From assembly GCA_035654135.1 (NCBI GenBank), contig DASRXN010000065.1, positions 1 through 63,228 of the forward strand: 63,228 nt of DNA, written 5' to 3'. This stretch comes from Rhodocyclaceae bacterium. GTDB lineage: Bacteria > Pseudomonadota > Gammaproteobacteria > Burkholderiales > Rhodocyclaceae. Shown one piece after another: positions 1 to 10,700 of the stretch; within the stretch, counting starts at the first letter, position 1, and each line of letters opens with the position of its first letter. Position numbers and translations under genes: made by a program. Under the pieces are notes generated by a model, which worked only from the letters and a program-made list of their open reading frames with translations, was not told the origin of the DNA and searched no databases.

Positions 1-270
1 CCAAGTGTAGGCCGGGCCGAGCAGTTCAAGGCCGGCAAAGGTGGTGACCAGCTTCATCGTCGAGGCCGGATTCATGGCCTGGCCGGTATTGACGGCTAGC
101 CGGGGAGTGGCCGCGCCGGTTTCCTGGACCACGATGCCGACCGCCGACACGGGGATGTGCGCCGCGGCCAGCGCGTGTGCCACGGTCGCCGGCAGGCGCG
201 CGTCGGCCTGGGCGGCGACCCAGGAGGGGCCCAGCAGTAGCGCGACGGCCATCAAGAGATATCTGTTCAT
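1..270 (-). CDS. dacB: D-alanyl-D-alanine carboxypeptidase/endopeptidase (PBP4 family), N-terminal 90 codons; the gene runs off the left edge
   Basis: Own translation of the minus strand from ATG at 268-270: MNRYLLMAVALLLGPSWVAAQADARLPATVAHALAAAHIPVSAVGIVVQETGAATPRLAVNTGQAMNPASTMKLVTTFAGLELLGPAYTW. It has a signal peptide and the SxxK active-site motif (STMK) in the context typical of PBP4. It is absent from the ORF track because it has no in-window stop. Confidence 0.7.
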   Translation of the reverse strand, partial: MNRYLLMAVALLLGPSWVAAQADARLPATVAHALAAAHIPVSAVGIVVQETGAATPRLAVNTGQAMNPASTMKLVTTFAGLELLGPAYTW

Positions 271-314
271 GGCGCCAATGTTAACTAAAATGGACTGATT
301 ACAAGGAGGAGACT

Positions 315-1313
315 ATGGCGGACAAGGGCCAGGAGACCGGAGTGGGCAATGCTGGCGCAGCTGCGGCCTCGGATCACCGCTTTGCCGTCAACCTCATGCA
401 GCACCTGGCGGTTCCTGCTTTCGTGCTGGATGCGGAGGGCCGTGTCATTATTTGGAATAAGGCCTGCGAGCGGCTGAGCGGAGTGCCAGCCGACGAAGTG
501 CTCGGTACGCGGGAGCAATGGCGTGCCTTCTACCCTGCGCCGCGGCCCTGTCTTGCCGATCTGGTGCTGGAAGGACGTACGGACGATATCGCCGCGCTGT
601 ATCCGGTGCATAAGGGCAACACCGACTCGAATCGTGATGTCCATGCCGAGAACTGGTGCTTGATGCCCCGCATGGGCAGCGAGTTGTACCTGGCGATCGA
701 CGTCGGGCCGATCTACGATGAGGCTGGCCGACTGGTGGCGGTCGTCGAAACCCTGCGCGACATGACTGAGTACAAGCGGGCGCGCATGGCGCTCGAATAT
801 ATGGCAGCCGTCGATAGTCTGACCGGTATTGCCAATCGGCGTAGTTTCGACGAAAAAGTGGCCAACGAATGGCGGCGGGCGCGGCGCGATGGCATGCCGC
901 TGGCCCTGGTCATGATCGATGTCGACCATTTCAAGCATTACAACGACCTTTACGGACACGTGGAGGGGGACGAGTGCCTGCGCCGGTTGGCCAGCCTGCT
1001 CGACCGCGCGGCCAGGCGTCCGGGGGACCTGGTCTGCCGCTACGGGGGCGAGGAGTTCGCCATCGTGCTCCCCTCGACCAGCCTGGGCGGCGCTACCGCG
1101 GTGGCGAACCGCATCCAGCATAAAGTCGGTCAGCTCGATCTGTCGCCGCGACCGAACGAAGACAGACGGGTGACGGTGAGTCTGGGCGTGGCTGCCCTGA
1201 TTCCGGAAGCCGGTGTTCCGGTCGAGAATCTTGTCGCCGCCGCCGATGAGGCGCTTTATCAGGCCAAGCACGCCGGGCGGAATTGCGTCGTGCAGGCGCC
1301 GTCATCGGCTTGA
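315..1313 (+). CDS. PAS-domain diguanylate cyclase (GGDEF)
   Basis: 332-aa ORF with an AAGGAGGA Shine-Dalgarno at 303-310. The N-terminus has a PAS-like segment (FVLDAEGRVIIWNKACERLSG). The C-terminal GGDEF domain has a GGEEF active site and an RxxD I-site (RPGD) five residues upstream. Confidence 0.9.
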   Translation: MADKGQETGVGNAGAAAASDHRFAVNLMQHLAVPAFVLDAEGRVIIWNKACERLSGVPADEVLGTREQWRAFYPAPRPCLADLVLEGRTDDIAALYPVHKGNTDSNRDVHAENWCLMPRMGSELYLAIDVGPIYDEAGRLVAVVETLRDMTEYKRARMALEYMAAVDSLTGIANRRSFDEKVANEWRRARRDGMPLALVMIDVDHFKHYNDLYGHVEGDECLRRLASLLDRAARRPGDLVCRYGGEEFAIVLPSTSLGGATAVANRIQHKVGQLDLSPRPNEDRRVTVSLGVAALIPEAGVPVENLVAAADEALYQAKHAGRNCVVQAPSSA

Positions 1314-1340
1314 AAATGACACCTTTCTGTCGCATCCCCT

Positions 1341-1370
1341 CTTGAAAAGAGCTTAGGTCAGCCCTATTAT
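1341..1370 (+). promoter_or_regulatory. sigma32-type heat-shock promoter of groES-groEL
   Basis: CTTGAAA (1341-1347), a 14-nt spacer, then CCCTATTAT (1362-1370). This is close to the CTTGAAA / CCCCATnT sigma32 consensus and lies about 90 nt upstream of groES. Confidence 0.6.
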
Positions 1371-1396
1371 TGGCACTCGTTGGCAGCGAGTGCTAA
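1370..1396 (+). promoter_or_regulatory. CIRCE inverted repeat (HrcA operator)
   Basis: TTGGCACTC-N9-GAGTGCTAA has one mismatch to the CIRCE consensus TTAGCACTC-N9-GAGTGCTAA. It abuts the putative -10 element. Confidence 0.8.
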
Positions 1397-1461
1397 CAGC
1401 TGCCCGGTATCCCGTCCGCAGGGTGTTCCCTGCGTCATCGTCGCAATCAGGAGATAAGTGC

Positions 1462-1752
1462 ATGAAAATCCGTCCTTTGCATGATCGTGTGATCGTCAAG
1501 CGCATCGAAGCCGAGCGCACCACTGCGAGCGGCATCGTGATTCCCGACTCGGCAGGCGAGAAGCCCGATCAGGGCGAAGTGATCGCCGTCGGTACCGGCA
1601 AGATCCTCGATGACGGCAAGGTCCGTCCGATGGCCCTGAAGAAGGGTGATCGCGTGCTGTTCGGCAAGTACTCCGGCCAGGCCGTCAAGGTCGAGGGCGA
1701 GGAACTGCTGGTCATGCGCGAAGAAGACATCATGGGCGTTGTTGAAGCCTAA
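1462..1752 (+). CDS. groES: co-chaperonin GroES
   Basis: [47 protein letters not shown]... is the canonical GroES sequence. AGGAGA lies 6 nt upstream of the ATG at 1462. The track ORF start at 1390 (GTG) is an upstream extension. Confidence 0.97.
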   Translation: MKIRPLHDRVIVKRIEAERTTASGIVIPDSAGEKPDQGEVIAVGTGKILDDGKVRPMALKKGDRVLFGKYSGQAVKVEGEELLVMREEDIMGVVEA

Positions 1753-1777
1753 TTAACCGAATTTACTGGAGAGATAA

Positions 1778-3433
<1,656 letters not shown>

Positions 3434-3465
3434 CACGCCCGATCCGGCCTGTCTTGTGCAGCAAG

Positions 3466-3497
3466 GAACACCCGGCTTCGGCCGGGTGTTTTCCTTT
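3466..3497 (+). terminator. intrinsic terminator after groEL
   Basis: Stem GAACACCCGGC, loop TTCG, stem GCCGGGTGTT, followed by TTCCTTT. Confidence 0.7.
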
Positions 3498-3644
3498 GGG
3501 TCGAATCAAATGCGCGAGAAAGACGGCGGGGAGCGGCCATGAGCTAATGCGGCCACTCCCCGGGGCGAAGAACGGTACAGATACCGCTCGTTCGACTCCC
3601 TTGACCGCAAAGGAGAACAGCGGAATTCACTGTAAAGTGGTCGG

Positions 3645-3669
3645 CTTACGATCGTCTTACAAGTAGAAT
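3645..3669 (+). promoter_or_regulatory. candidate promoter/operator of the response-regulator gene
   Basis: Direct repeat CTTAC (3645-3649) and CTTAC (3656-3660) with 11-bp periodicity, followed by TAGAAT (3664-3669). The ATG at 3680 is only 10 nt beyond the -10 hexamer and has no Shine-Dalgarno. Confidence 0.35.
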
Positions 3670-3679
3670 CTATCGGGCC

Positions 3680-4363
3680 ATGAGAATTCTTCTCGCCGAA
3701 GACGACGCCATCATTGCCGATGGTTTGATCCGCGCACTACGCAAAGCCGGCTATGCCGTCGACCACGTCGATAATGGTCTCGATGCCGACACGGCGCTGC
3801 TGCCGCAAATGTTCGATCTGCTGATACTCGATCTCGGTCTGCCCAGGCTCTCAGGTATCGATGTGCTGCGCCGACTGCGGGCGCGCAAGTGCGTCGTACC
3901 GGTGCTGATCCTGACGGCGCAGGATGGTGTCGAGGATCGGGTACGCGGGCTTGATGCCGGTGCCGACGACTATCTGACCAAACCGTTCGCCCTGCCGGAA
4001 CTCGAGGCGCGCGTGCGCGCGCTGACGCGGCGCGGCACCGGGCAGGCGACACGCATCGAACTTGGCGCCCTCAGTTATGACCAGGCGGAGCGCATCGTCA
4101 AGATCGGCGGACAACTGATCGATCTTTCGGCGCGCGAAATGGCCGTGCTGGAAGTCCTGCTGCTGCGTGTCGGTCGCTTGGTCGGCAAGGAGCAACTGGT
4201 CGATCACCTGTGCGGCTGGGGGGAGGAAGTCAGCACCAACGCCATCGAGGTCTACGTGCACCGCCTGCGCAAGAAACTCGAGCTGGCAGGCGTCAGGATT
4301 GCCACGGTGCGCGGTCTCGGCTATTGCCTGGAGAAGGCTGGCGATGCTGACGTGGGGACCTAA
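3680..4363 (+). CDS. OmpR-family response regulator, TctD-like
   Basis: MRILLAEDDAIIADGL...DLLILDLGLP...KPF receiver domain plus a winged-helix C-terminus (IEVYVHRLRKKL...VRGLGYCLE). The overall pattern matches TctD/QseB-type regulators. Confidence 0.9.
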   Translation: MRILLAEDDAIIADGLIRALRKAGYAVDHVDNGLDADTALLPQMFDLLILDLGLPRLSGIDVLRRLRARKCVVPVLILTAQDGVEDRVRGLDAGADDYLTKPFALPELEARVRALTRRGTGQATRIELGALSYDQAERIVKIGGQLIDLSAREMAVLEVLLLRVGRLVGKEQLVDHLCGWGEEVSTNAIEVYVHRLRKKLELAGVRIATVRGLGYCLEKAGDADVGT

Positions 4364-5786
4364 GCGGACGCCCATATTCGGAGTTCCCAACGAACCCAAT
4401 TCGCTGTTCGGGGAAATCCTCGACTGGATGCTGGCGCCATTGCTGCTCTTGTGGCCGATCAGCATTGCCGTGACGAATCACGTCGCCAACGATATCGCCA
4501 ACGAACCTTATGATCAGGTGCTGGCTGAGAATGTCGAAGCCATCGGTCGCCTGGTCAGGGTGGTTAATGGCAGGGTGACAGCGGACATCCCGATTTCTGC
4601 CAAGGCAATCCTGCGCTCGGATGAGCAGGATACGTCGTATGTGCAGGTCCGCGGATCGGATGGCGAGATCCTGACGGGCGACGAGGGAATACCGCGCTTG
4701 CCGGGCGATCTCGCTGCCGCCAGCGACGAGGTGCGATTTCGCGACGATCGCATCGAAGGCGATTCGGTCCGGATTGCCTATCAGGCGGTATCCTTGTTGA
4801 CCTCGTCCGGAGGGAACACGGTGCTCGTTCAGGTTGCTGAAACGCGCCACAAGCGCGAGGCCTTGGCATCACGCATCATTTCAGGGGTTCTGCTACCGCA
4901 ATTCGCCATCATTCCGCTGGCGGTGGTGCTGGTCTATCTGGGACTTTCGCGCGGCCTGCGACCCCTGTCGCGTCTGCGTGAGCGCATGGCCCGCCGCCGG
5001 CCTGGGGATCTGTCGCCGATCAACATCCGTGGCGCACCGGAAGAGCTGCAGCCGATGGTCCATTCCTTCAACGAACTGCTCGAACGATTGGAAGACAATC
5101 TGCATGCGCAGCAGCGCTTCATCGCCGATGCCGCCCATCAGATGAAGACGCCGGTGACTGGTTTGCGCATGCAGGCAGAGCTGGCATTGCGGGAAAACGA
5201 TCCCGCTCAGCTGCATCGCTCGGTCGAGCAGATCAGCCTTGCAGCGGAACGCGCCGGGCATCTGATCACCCAATTGCTGACACTTGCACGGACCGAATCG
5301 AGCCACGAGAAGTTGCACCGTTTCGAGATCGTCGATCTGGAACTGTTGGCGCGCGAGGTTACGCTCGAATGGGTAGCTCGTGCTCGTGCCAAGCAGATCG
5401 ATCTTGGCTTCGAAGGCAGTGACTGGCCATTGGCCATCGACGGCGTGCCGCTACTACTGCGCGAGCTTCTCATGAATCTGCTCGATAACGCCATCAAATA
5501 CACGCCGGCTGGCGGTCAGGTGACCGTACGCATGCTGGCAGGCGAGTATGCCGAAATCGAGGTCGAGGACAATGGCATCGGTGTGCCCGAGGCGGATCGC
5601 GAACGCGTATTCGAGCGTTTTTACCGTGTGATCGGCACCGATGCTGACGGTAGCGGCCTTGGACTGGCGATTTGCCGTGAGATCGTCGAACAACATGGCG
5701 GCAACATCACCCTGCTCGCCAGCAGGAGCGGACGCGGCACCTGCGTTACAGTCCGGTTTCCCCGTGCCGGCACCATGCACTCCTGA
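4344..5786 (+). CDS. sensor histidine kinase, TctE-like (2CSK_N-type N-terminal sensor region)
   Basis: ATG at 4344 overlaps the regulator gene by 20 nt. The N-terminus LFGEILDWMLAPLLLLWPISIAVT...YDQVL resembles the 2CSK_N sensor region. It has an H-box FIADAAHQMKTPV and an HATPase region (NLLDNAIKYTP...DNGIGV...GSGLGLAI). The track ORF start at 4167 is an out-of-context extension. Confidence 0.85.
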   Translation: MLTWGPKRTPIFGVPNEPNSLFGEILDWMLAPLLLLWPISIAVTNHVANDIANEPYDQVLAENVEAIGRLVRVVNGRVTADIPISAKAILRSDEQDTSYVQVRGSDGEILTGDEGIPRLPGDLAAASDEVRFRDDRIEGDSVRIAYQAVSLLTSSGGNTVLVQVAETRHKREALASRIISGVLLPQFAIIPLAVVLVYLGLSRGLRPLSRLRERMARRRPGDLSPINIRGAPEELQPMVHSFNELLERLEDNLHAQQRFIADAAHQMKTPVTGLRMQAELALRENDPAQLHRSVEQISLAAERAGHLITQLLTLARTESSHEKLHRFEIVDLELLAREVTLEWVARARAKQIDLGFEGSDWPLAIDGVPLLLRELLMNLLDNAIKYTPAGGQVTVRMLAGEYAEIEVEDNGIGVPEADRERVFERFYRVIGTDADGSGLGLAICREIVEQHGGNITLLASRSGRGTCVTVRFPRAGTMHS

Positions 5787-5806
5787 CCCGATCAACGGCG
5801 ATCCGA

Positions 5807-6073
5807 ATGATGAAGTTAACGCAAAGACACCTCGAGTATTGGCGGAAGAATCTGGGCTTGACTGCATTGCTTCTCGCCGTGTGGTTCATCGTCACTTTCG
5901 TCGGCAGCTGGTTCGCTCGTGAATTGAACGAACTGACGATCATCGGCCCGCTCGGCTACTACATCGGCGCTCAGGGCGCGCTGGTTGTTTACGTGCTCAT
6001 CGTTTGGATATATGCCCGCCGGATGAACGAGTACGACAAGGAATATGGCGTTGAGGAAGGTGGTGGCGAGTGA
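5807..6073 (+). CDS. DUF4212 protein (putative solute:sodium symporter small subunit)
   Basis: 88 aa with two TM helices. The pattern YWRKNLGL...WFIVTFV...GPLGYYIGAQGALVVYVLIVWIYARRMNEYDKEYGV is typical of the small subunit that precedes VC_2705-type symporters. Confidence 0.8.
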   Translation: MMKLTQRHLEYWRKNLGLTALLLAVWFIVTFVGSWFARELNELTIIGPLGYYIGAQGALVVYVLIVWIYARRMNEYDKEYGVEEGGGE

Positions 6074-8172
6074 TGGGCAAATCGTCACAATCGCTGTTCA
6101 ACGCCCAGCTGAAACGCTACTACGGTTTCTATACGGGCGGTTTCCTGCTTTTCGTCCTCGGTGCCGGTATTCTCGAGCTGCTCGGAGTGTCCAACAAGAT
6201 CATTGGTTATGTTTTCCTGTTTGCGACGCTGTTGCTCTATGCCGGGATCGGTTTCATGTCGAAGACGGCCGAAGTCTCGGAGTACTACGTGGCGGGGCGA
6301 CGCGTGCCAGCCTTTTTCAACGGCATGGCGACCGGGGGCGACTGGCTGTCGGCGGCATCCTTTATCGGTATGGCCGGCACCCTCTACGCGACCGGCTACG
6401 ATGGTCTGGCATACGTGATGGGCTGGACAGGGGGCTTCTGTCTGGTCGCCTTGCTGCTGGCACCCTACCTGCGAAAGTTCGGCCAATTTACGATTCCCGA
6501 TTTTCTCGGCGCCCGCTACGGTGGCAATCTCCCCCGCCTGATTGGCGCTGCGGCAGCCATCATGTGCTCGTTCACTTATGTGATTGCCCAAATCTACGGC
6601 GTCGGTCTGATCACCAGTCGTTTTACCGGTCTCGAATTCGGCATCGGCGTGTTCGTCGGCCTGGCTGGCATCCTGGTCTGTTCGTTCCTCGGCGGCATGA
6701 AGGCTGTGACTTGGACCCAGGTGGCGCAGTACATCGTCCTGATCGTCGCTTACATGATTCCCGTGGTCTGGTTGTCCGTGAAGGATACGGGTAATCCAGT
6801 GGCTCAGGTTGCCGCCTATACGACGGCATTGCCCAAGGTCACGGCGCTGGAAAAGGAATTCAATGACCGGGAAACTGCCAGGGGCGCAGCAGAGGAATCT
6901 GTCAGGGCCATCTATCGCGAACGGGCGTCGGTTGCCGAAATACGACTCAAGGCGCTCGAATCCGGGGGCGCCAATTATCTGCTGACGGAACGCAAGAAGC
7001 TTGAAACCGCTGTCGCGCAATTGAAAGCAGGAAATGCCGCCGATGCTCGGGCGATCTACGCCGCAGAACGGGCCGTGAGGGATTTTCCAATTGATCCGGC
7101 GAAGGCCAGGGATCTATGGACGAAGGAGAGGGCCAATGCCATTGCCAAGGCGGCGCCTGTCATGGCTCACGCCGAGCCGTTCTCCGCAAGCGACGGAGCC
7201 GAACGGGGCAAAAAGAGGAAAAACTTTCTGGCGCTCATTTTCTGTTTGATGGTGGGCACGGCGGCACTGCCCCACATCCTGATGCGTTACTACACGACGC
7301 CGTCGGTGCGGGAGGCACGGACGTCCGTGTTCTGGTCGCTGTTTTTTATCTTTCTCTTCTACTGCACGGCTCCGGCGCTGGGAATATTGGTCAAATACGA
7401 GATCTACCATAATCTGGTCGGCACGTCCTTCGCCGACCTGCCGGCCTGGGTGTCCAACTGGGCCAAAGTGGACAAGGCGTTGATGGCGATCAACGATGTC
7501 AATCGGGATGGCGTCGTCCAGTTGGCCGAGATCACCATAGGCAACGATTTTGTGGTGCTGGCAACACCCGAAATCGCGGGCCTGCCCTACGTCATATCCG
7601 GCCTTGTGGCAGCCGGGGGGCTTGCCGCCGCCTTGTCGACCGCCGATGGGCTGTTGCTGACCATTGCCAACGCCCTGTCGCACGACGTGTATTACAGAAT
7701 GGTGGACCCCGATGCCCCGGCCACGCGTCGTATTGTCGTGTCGAAGGGGCTGTTGCTCGTTGTGGCCATGGTGGCAGCCTATACGACCAGCCTGAAGCCG
7801 GGCGATATTCTTTTCCTCGTCGGTGCGGCTTTTTCCCTCGCTGCTTCCGGATTGTTTCCGGCGCTGGTGCTGGGCATCTTCTGGAAGCGCGCCAACAAGT
7901 GGGGTGCCATCGTCGGCATGCTGTCTGGGCTGGGAGTATCCATCTACTACATGGTCATGACGTATCCGTTTTTCGGCATCAATGCCCCGCTCTGGTGGGA
8001 CATCCAGCCAATCTCGAACGCGATATACGGTGTGCCGGCGGGCTTCGTCGGCATTGTTATCGGCAGCCTGCTATCGCGGCCGCCGAGCGGGGAGGTTCAG
8101 AAGCTGGTCGACCGGGTTCGATATCCAAACTTCCAAATGGATATTGTCACCGGTGTATCGAAAGCGAAGTAG
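6070..8172 (+). CDS. sodium:solute symporter family protein (VC_2705-type large subunit) with a long hydrophilic insertion
   Basis: 700 aa. SSS motifs are present (YYVAGRRVPAFFNGMATGGDWLSAASFIGMAG; GTAALPHILMRYYT). The start is GTG 6070 or ATG 6073, overlapping the stop of the DUF4212 gene. Confidence 0.85.
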   Translation: MMGKSSQSLFNAQLKRYYGFYTGGFLLFVLGAGILELLGVSNKIIGYVFLFATLLLYAGIGFMSKTAEVSEYYVAGRRVPAFFNGMATGGDWLSAASFIGMAGTLYATGYDGLAYVMGWTGGFCLVALLLAPYLRKFGQFTIPDFLGARYGGNLPRLIGAAAAIMCSFTYVIAQIYGVGLITSRFTGLEFGIGVFVGLAGILVCSFLGGMKAVTWTQVAQYIVLIVAYMIPVVWLSVKDTGNPVAQVAAYTTALPKVTALEKEFNDRETARGAAEESVRAIYRERASVAEIRLKALESGGANYLLTERKKLETAVAQLKAGNAADARAIYAAERAVRDFPIDPAKARDLWTKERANAIAKAAPVMAHAEPFSASDGAERGKKRKNFLALIFCLMVGTAALPHILMRYYTTPSVREARTSVFWSLFFIFLFYCTAPALGILVKYEIYHNLVGTSFADLPAWVSNWAKVDKALMAINDVNRDGVVQLAEITIGNDFVVLATPEIAGLPYVISGLVAAGGLAAALSTADGLLLTIANALSHDVYYRMVDPDAPATRRIVVSKGLLLVVAMVAAYTTSLKPGDILFLVGAAFSLAASGLFPALVLGIFWKRANKWGAIVGMLSGLGVSIYYMVMTYPFFGINAPLWWDIQPISNAIYGVPAGFVGIVIGSLLSRPPSGEVQKLVDRVRYPNFQMDIVTGVSKAK

Positions 8173-8296
8173 AAGCCTGGTTCCACTTGTAAGAAATCCG
8201 TCAGGGTTGCGTAAGGGCGCAGTCAGCGGCCGTCTCTAACATTGGTACTAGTCCAGGGCTCTGGGCTTTCAATCAATGGAGACACGGAGGAGACAC

Positions 8297-8608
8297 ATGG
8301 CAGCTGATCTCTATGCAAAGATTCGGGCCAACCCGAAGTTCAACGAATTCGTAGGTACCCGCAACCGGTACGCGATCATTATGACCATCCTTGGGGCCCT
8401 GGCGTACTACGGGTTCATTTTGCTGGTGGCTTACGACAAATCGTTCCTGGCCCAGAAGATCGGAGAAGGATACACGATGAGCCTTGGCATTCCGATTGGC
8501 GTCGGGGTGATCGTGTTCACCATCATTCTGACTTGGATCTACGTGCGTCGCGCCAATAGCGAATTCGACGACACCAGCGCCGACATCATCAAGGAGGCAC
8601 AGAAATAA
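8297..8608 (+). CDS. yjcH: DUF485 inner-membrane protein (YjcH-like ActP partner)
   Basis: ATG at 8297 is preceded by GGAGGAG. The sequence [46 protein letters not shown] has two TM helices. It sits immediately upstream of actP, as in E. coli yjcH-actP. Confidence 0.8.
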   Translation: MAADLYAKIRANPKFNEFVGTRNRYAIIMTILGALAYYGFILLVAYDKSFLAQKIGEGYTMSLGIPIGVGVIVFTIILTWIYVRRANSEFDDTSADIIKEAQK

Positions 8609-8609
8609 G

Positions 8610-10313
8610 ATGAACAACGTTCAACGTATTGTTGTGGCAGTCGCCGCGTTCGCCGTCGCCGGCGTCGTCTACGCCGCGGGTCCGGATGCCGGTCAGACGA
8701 CCAAGCAGGCCACCAACTGGACGGCTATTACCATGTTTGCCATCTTCGTCGGCATCACGTTGTGGATCACGAAGTGGGCCGCTTCGCGTACCAAGACGGC
8801 GGCAGACTTCTATACCGCCGGTGGCGGCATCACCGGCTTCCAGAACGGCCTCGCGATCGCGGGCGACTACATGTCGGCGGCCTCGTTCCTCGGCATTTCG
8901 GCCTTGGTGTTCGGCACCGGCTTCGACGGCCTGATCTTCTCGATCGGCTGGCTGGTCGGCTGGCCCGTGCTGACTTTCCTGCTGGCAGAGCGCTTGCGCA
9001 ATCTCGGCAAGTTCACCTTCGCCGACGTGGCCTCGTACCGTTTCGCGCAGACCCCGACGCGTACTTTCGCGGCGATCTCGACGCTGGTGGTTGTGGCCTT
9101 CTACATGATCGCCCAGATGGTCGGCGCCGGTCAGCTCATCAAGGTACTGTTCGGGTTGGACTACCTGTATGCCGAAATTCTGGTGGGCATCATCATGTTG
9201 ATGTACGTGCTGTTTGGCGGCATGACGGCGACAACCTGGGTACAGATCATCAAGGCGTGCATGCTGCTGGCTGGCGCCACCTTCATGGCACTGGCCGTGT
9301 TGTTCCAGTTCGGGTTCTCGCCCGAGGCGCTGTTCACCAAGGCAGTCGAGTTGCATCCCAAGCATGATGCGATCATGGGCCCGGGCGCGCTGATCAAGGA
9401 CCCGATCTCCGCAATCTCCGTCGGCATGGCGCTGATGTTCGGTACCGCCGGCCTGCCGCACATCCTGATGCGCTTCTTTACCGTGCCAAACGCCAAGGAA
9501 GCTCGCAAATCGGTGGCTTGGGCGACGACGTGGATCGGCTACTTCTACATCCTCACGTTCATCATCGGCTTTGGGGCCACCGTGCTGCTCATTACCAACG
9601 AAGGTACGTTCTTTGCCAAGCCGCTTGCCGAGTGCACCAGCGGCCCGCTACAGAACTGCCTAAGGGGTGGTGGCAACATGCCCGCCGTGCTGCTCGCCGA
9701 GGCTGTCGGTGGTGAAGTGTTCTACGGCTTCATCGCCGCCGTTGCTTTCGCGACGATTCTGGCAGTGGTGGCCGGTCTGACGCTGTCCGGCGCCTCGGCC
9801 GTGTCGCATGACCTCTATGCCTCCGTCTGGCGCCATGGCAACGTCGATTCCGCCACGGAATTGCGTTGGTCCAAGGGCGCCACCGTGGTTCTTGGCATCG
9901 TCGCCATCACCCTTGGCATCGCCTTCGAGAAGCAGAACGTCGCCTACATGGTGATGCTGGCCTTCACCGTCGCGTGTTCGGGCAACTTCCCGGTACTGGC
10001 CATGTCGGTGCTGTGGAAGGGCTGCACGACGCGCGGTGCGGTGCTCGGCGGCTACGTCGGCCTGATCATGGCAACGGTGCTGACGATCGGTTCGGATTCC
10101 GTTTGGGTGGCCGTGATGGGCAACCCGAAGGGTTCGGCCTGGTTCCCGTACAGCTCTGCCGCGCTGTTCTCGATGACTGCTGCCTTCGTCACGATCTGGC
10201 TGGTGTCGAAGCTGGACAACAGCGAACAGGCTCGCAAGGAGCGCGCGCTTTACCCGGATCAGCAGACCCGTTCTGAAACCGGCGTCGGCGCCGCTACCGC
10301 ATCGGCCCACTAA
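8610..10313 (+). CDS. actP: cation/acetate symporter ActP
   Basis: 567 aa. It reads [20 protein letters not shown]...[35 protein letters not shown]...[25 protein letters not shown], which is strongly ActP-like. Confidence 0.9.
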   Translation: MNNVQRIVVAVAAFAVAGVVYAAGPDAGQTTKQATNWTAITMFAIFVGITLWITKWAASRTKTAADFYTAGGGITGFQNGLAIAGDYMSAASFLGISALVFGTGFDGLIFSIGWLVGWPVLTFLLAERLRNLGKFTFADVASYRFAQTPTRTFAAISTLVVVAFYMIAQMVGAGQLIKVLFGLDYLYAEILVGIIMLMYVLFGGMTATTWVQIIKACMLLAGATFMALAVLFQFGFSPEALFTKAVELHPKHDAIMGPGALIKDPISAISVGMALMFGTAGLPHILMRFFTVPNAKEARKSVAWATTWIGYFYILTFIIGFGATVLLITNEGTFFAKPLAECTSGPLQNCLRGGGNMPAVLLAEAVGGEVFYGFIAAVAFATILAVVAGLTLSGASAVSHDLYASVWRHGNVDSATELRWSKGATVVLGIVAITLGIAFEKQNVAYMVMLAFTVACSGNFPVLAMSVLWKGCTTRGAVLGGYVGLIMATVLTIGSDSVWVAVMGNPKGSAWFPYSSAALFSMTAAFVTIWLVSKLDNSEQARKERALYPDQQTRSETGVGAATASAH

Positions 10314-10337
10314 GCGCAAACAATAAGCGCCAGAGGG

Positions 10338-10372
10338 AATGGCCCCGCCCCGACAGGCGGGGCCATTTTTTC
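10338..10372 (+). terminator. intrinsic terminator after actP
   Basis: Stem AATGGCCCCGCC, loop CCGACA, stem GGCGGGGCCATT, followed by a T run. Confidence 0.75.
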
Positions 10373-10422
10373 TCCCCAAGCAAGGATAAGTCGATATAAT
10401 CCGCGACCCAATTTATGAAATT

Positions 10423-10498
<76 letters not shown>

Positions 10499-10507
10499 GT
10501 ATTCAAG

Positions 10508-10534
10508 CGGCTCTCCGAACGGAGGGCCGTTTTC
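10508..10534 (+). terminator. intrinsic terminator after tRNA-Phe
   Basis: Stem CGGCTCTCC, loop GAAC, stem GGAGGGCCG (one G-U pair), followed by TTTT. Confidence 0.55.
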
Positions 10535-10700
10535 ATTTGTGCAAACACCGATGCCAACCATGTGCGAGAATGCCATATGGTGGATGGTGGGCTTGCCGGC
10601 ATTTCGAATCAGTGCACATTAATGGGGATTGGGCCATATTCGAAGGCTTTTCAGCGGGATCACGCCGGTTCCAATGGGATAAATTGATCTGATCCTCAGC

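Noticed and set aside
3528-3561. Imperfect inverted repeat GGGGAGCGGCC ... GGCCACTCCCC downstream of the groEL terminator.
   Set aside because: It has one internal mismatch, a 12-nt loop and no T tract. It is not distinguishable from chance in GC-rich DNA without conservation data.
3454-3666. A 70-aa ORF in the groEL / response-regulator intergenic region.
   Set aside because: It runs straight through the groEL terminator hairpin, has no Shine-Dalgarno, and its sequence looks non-coding.
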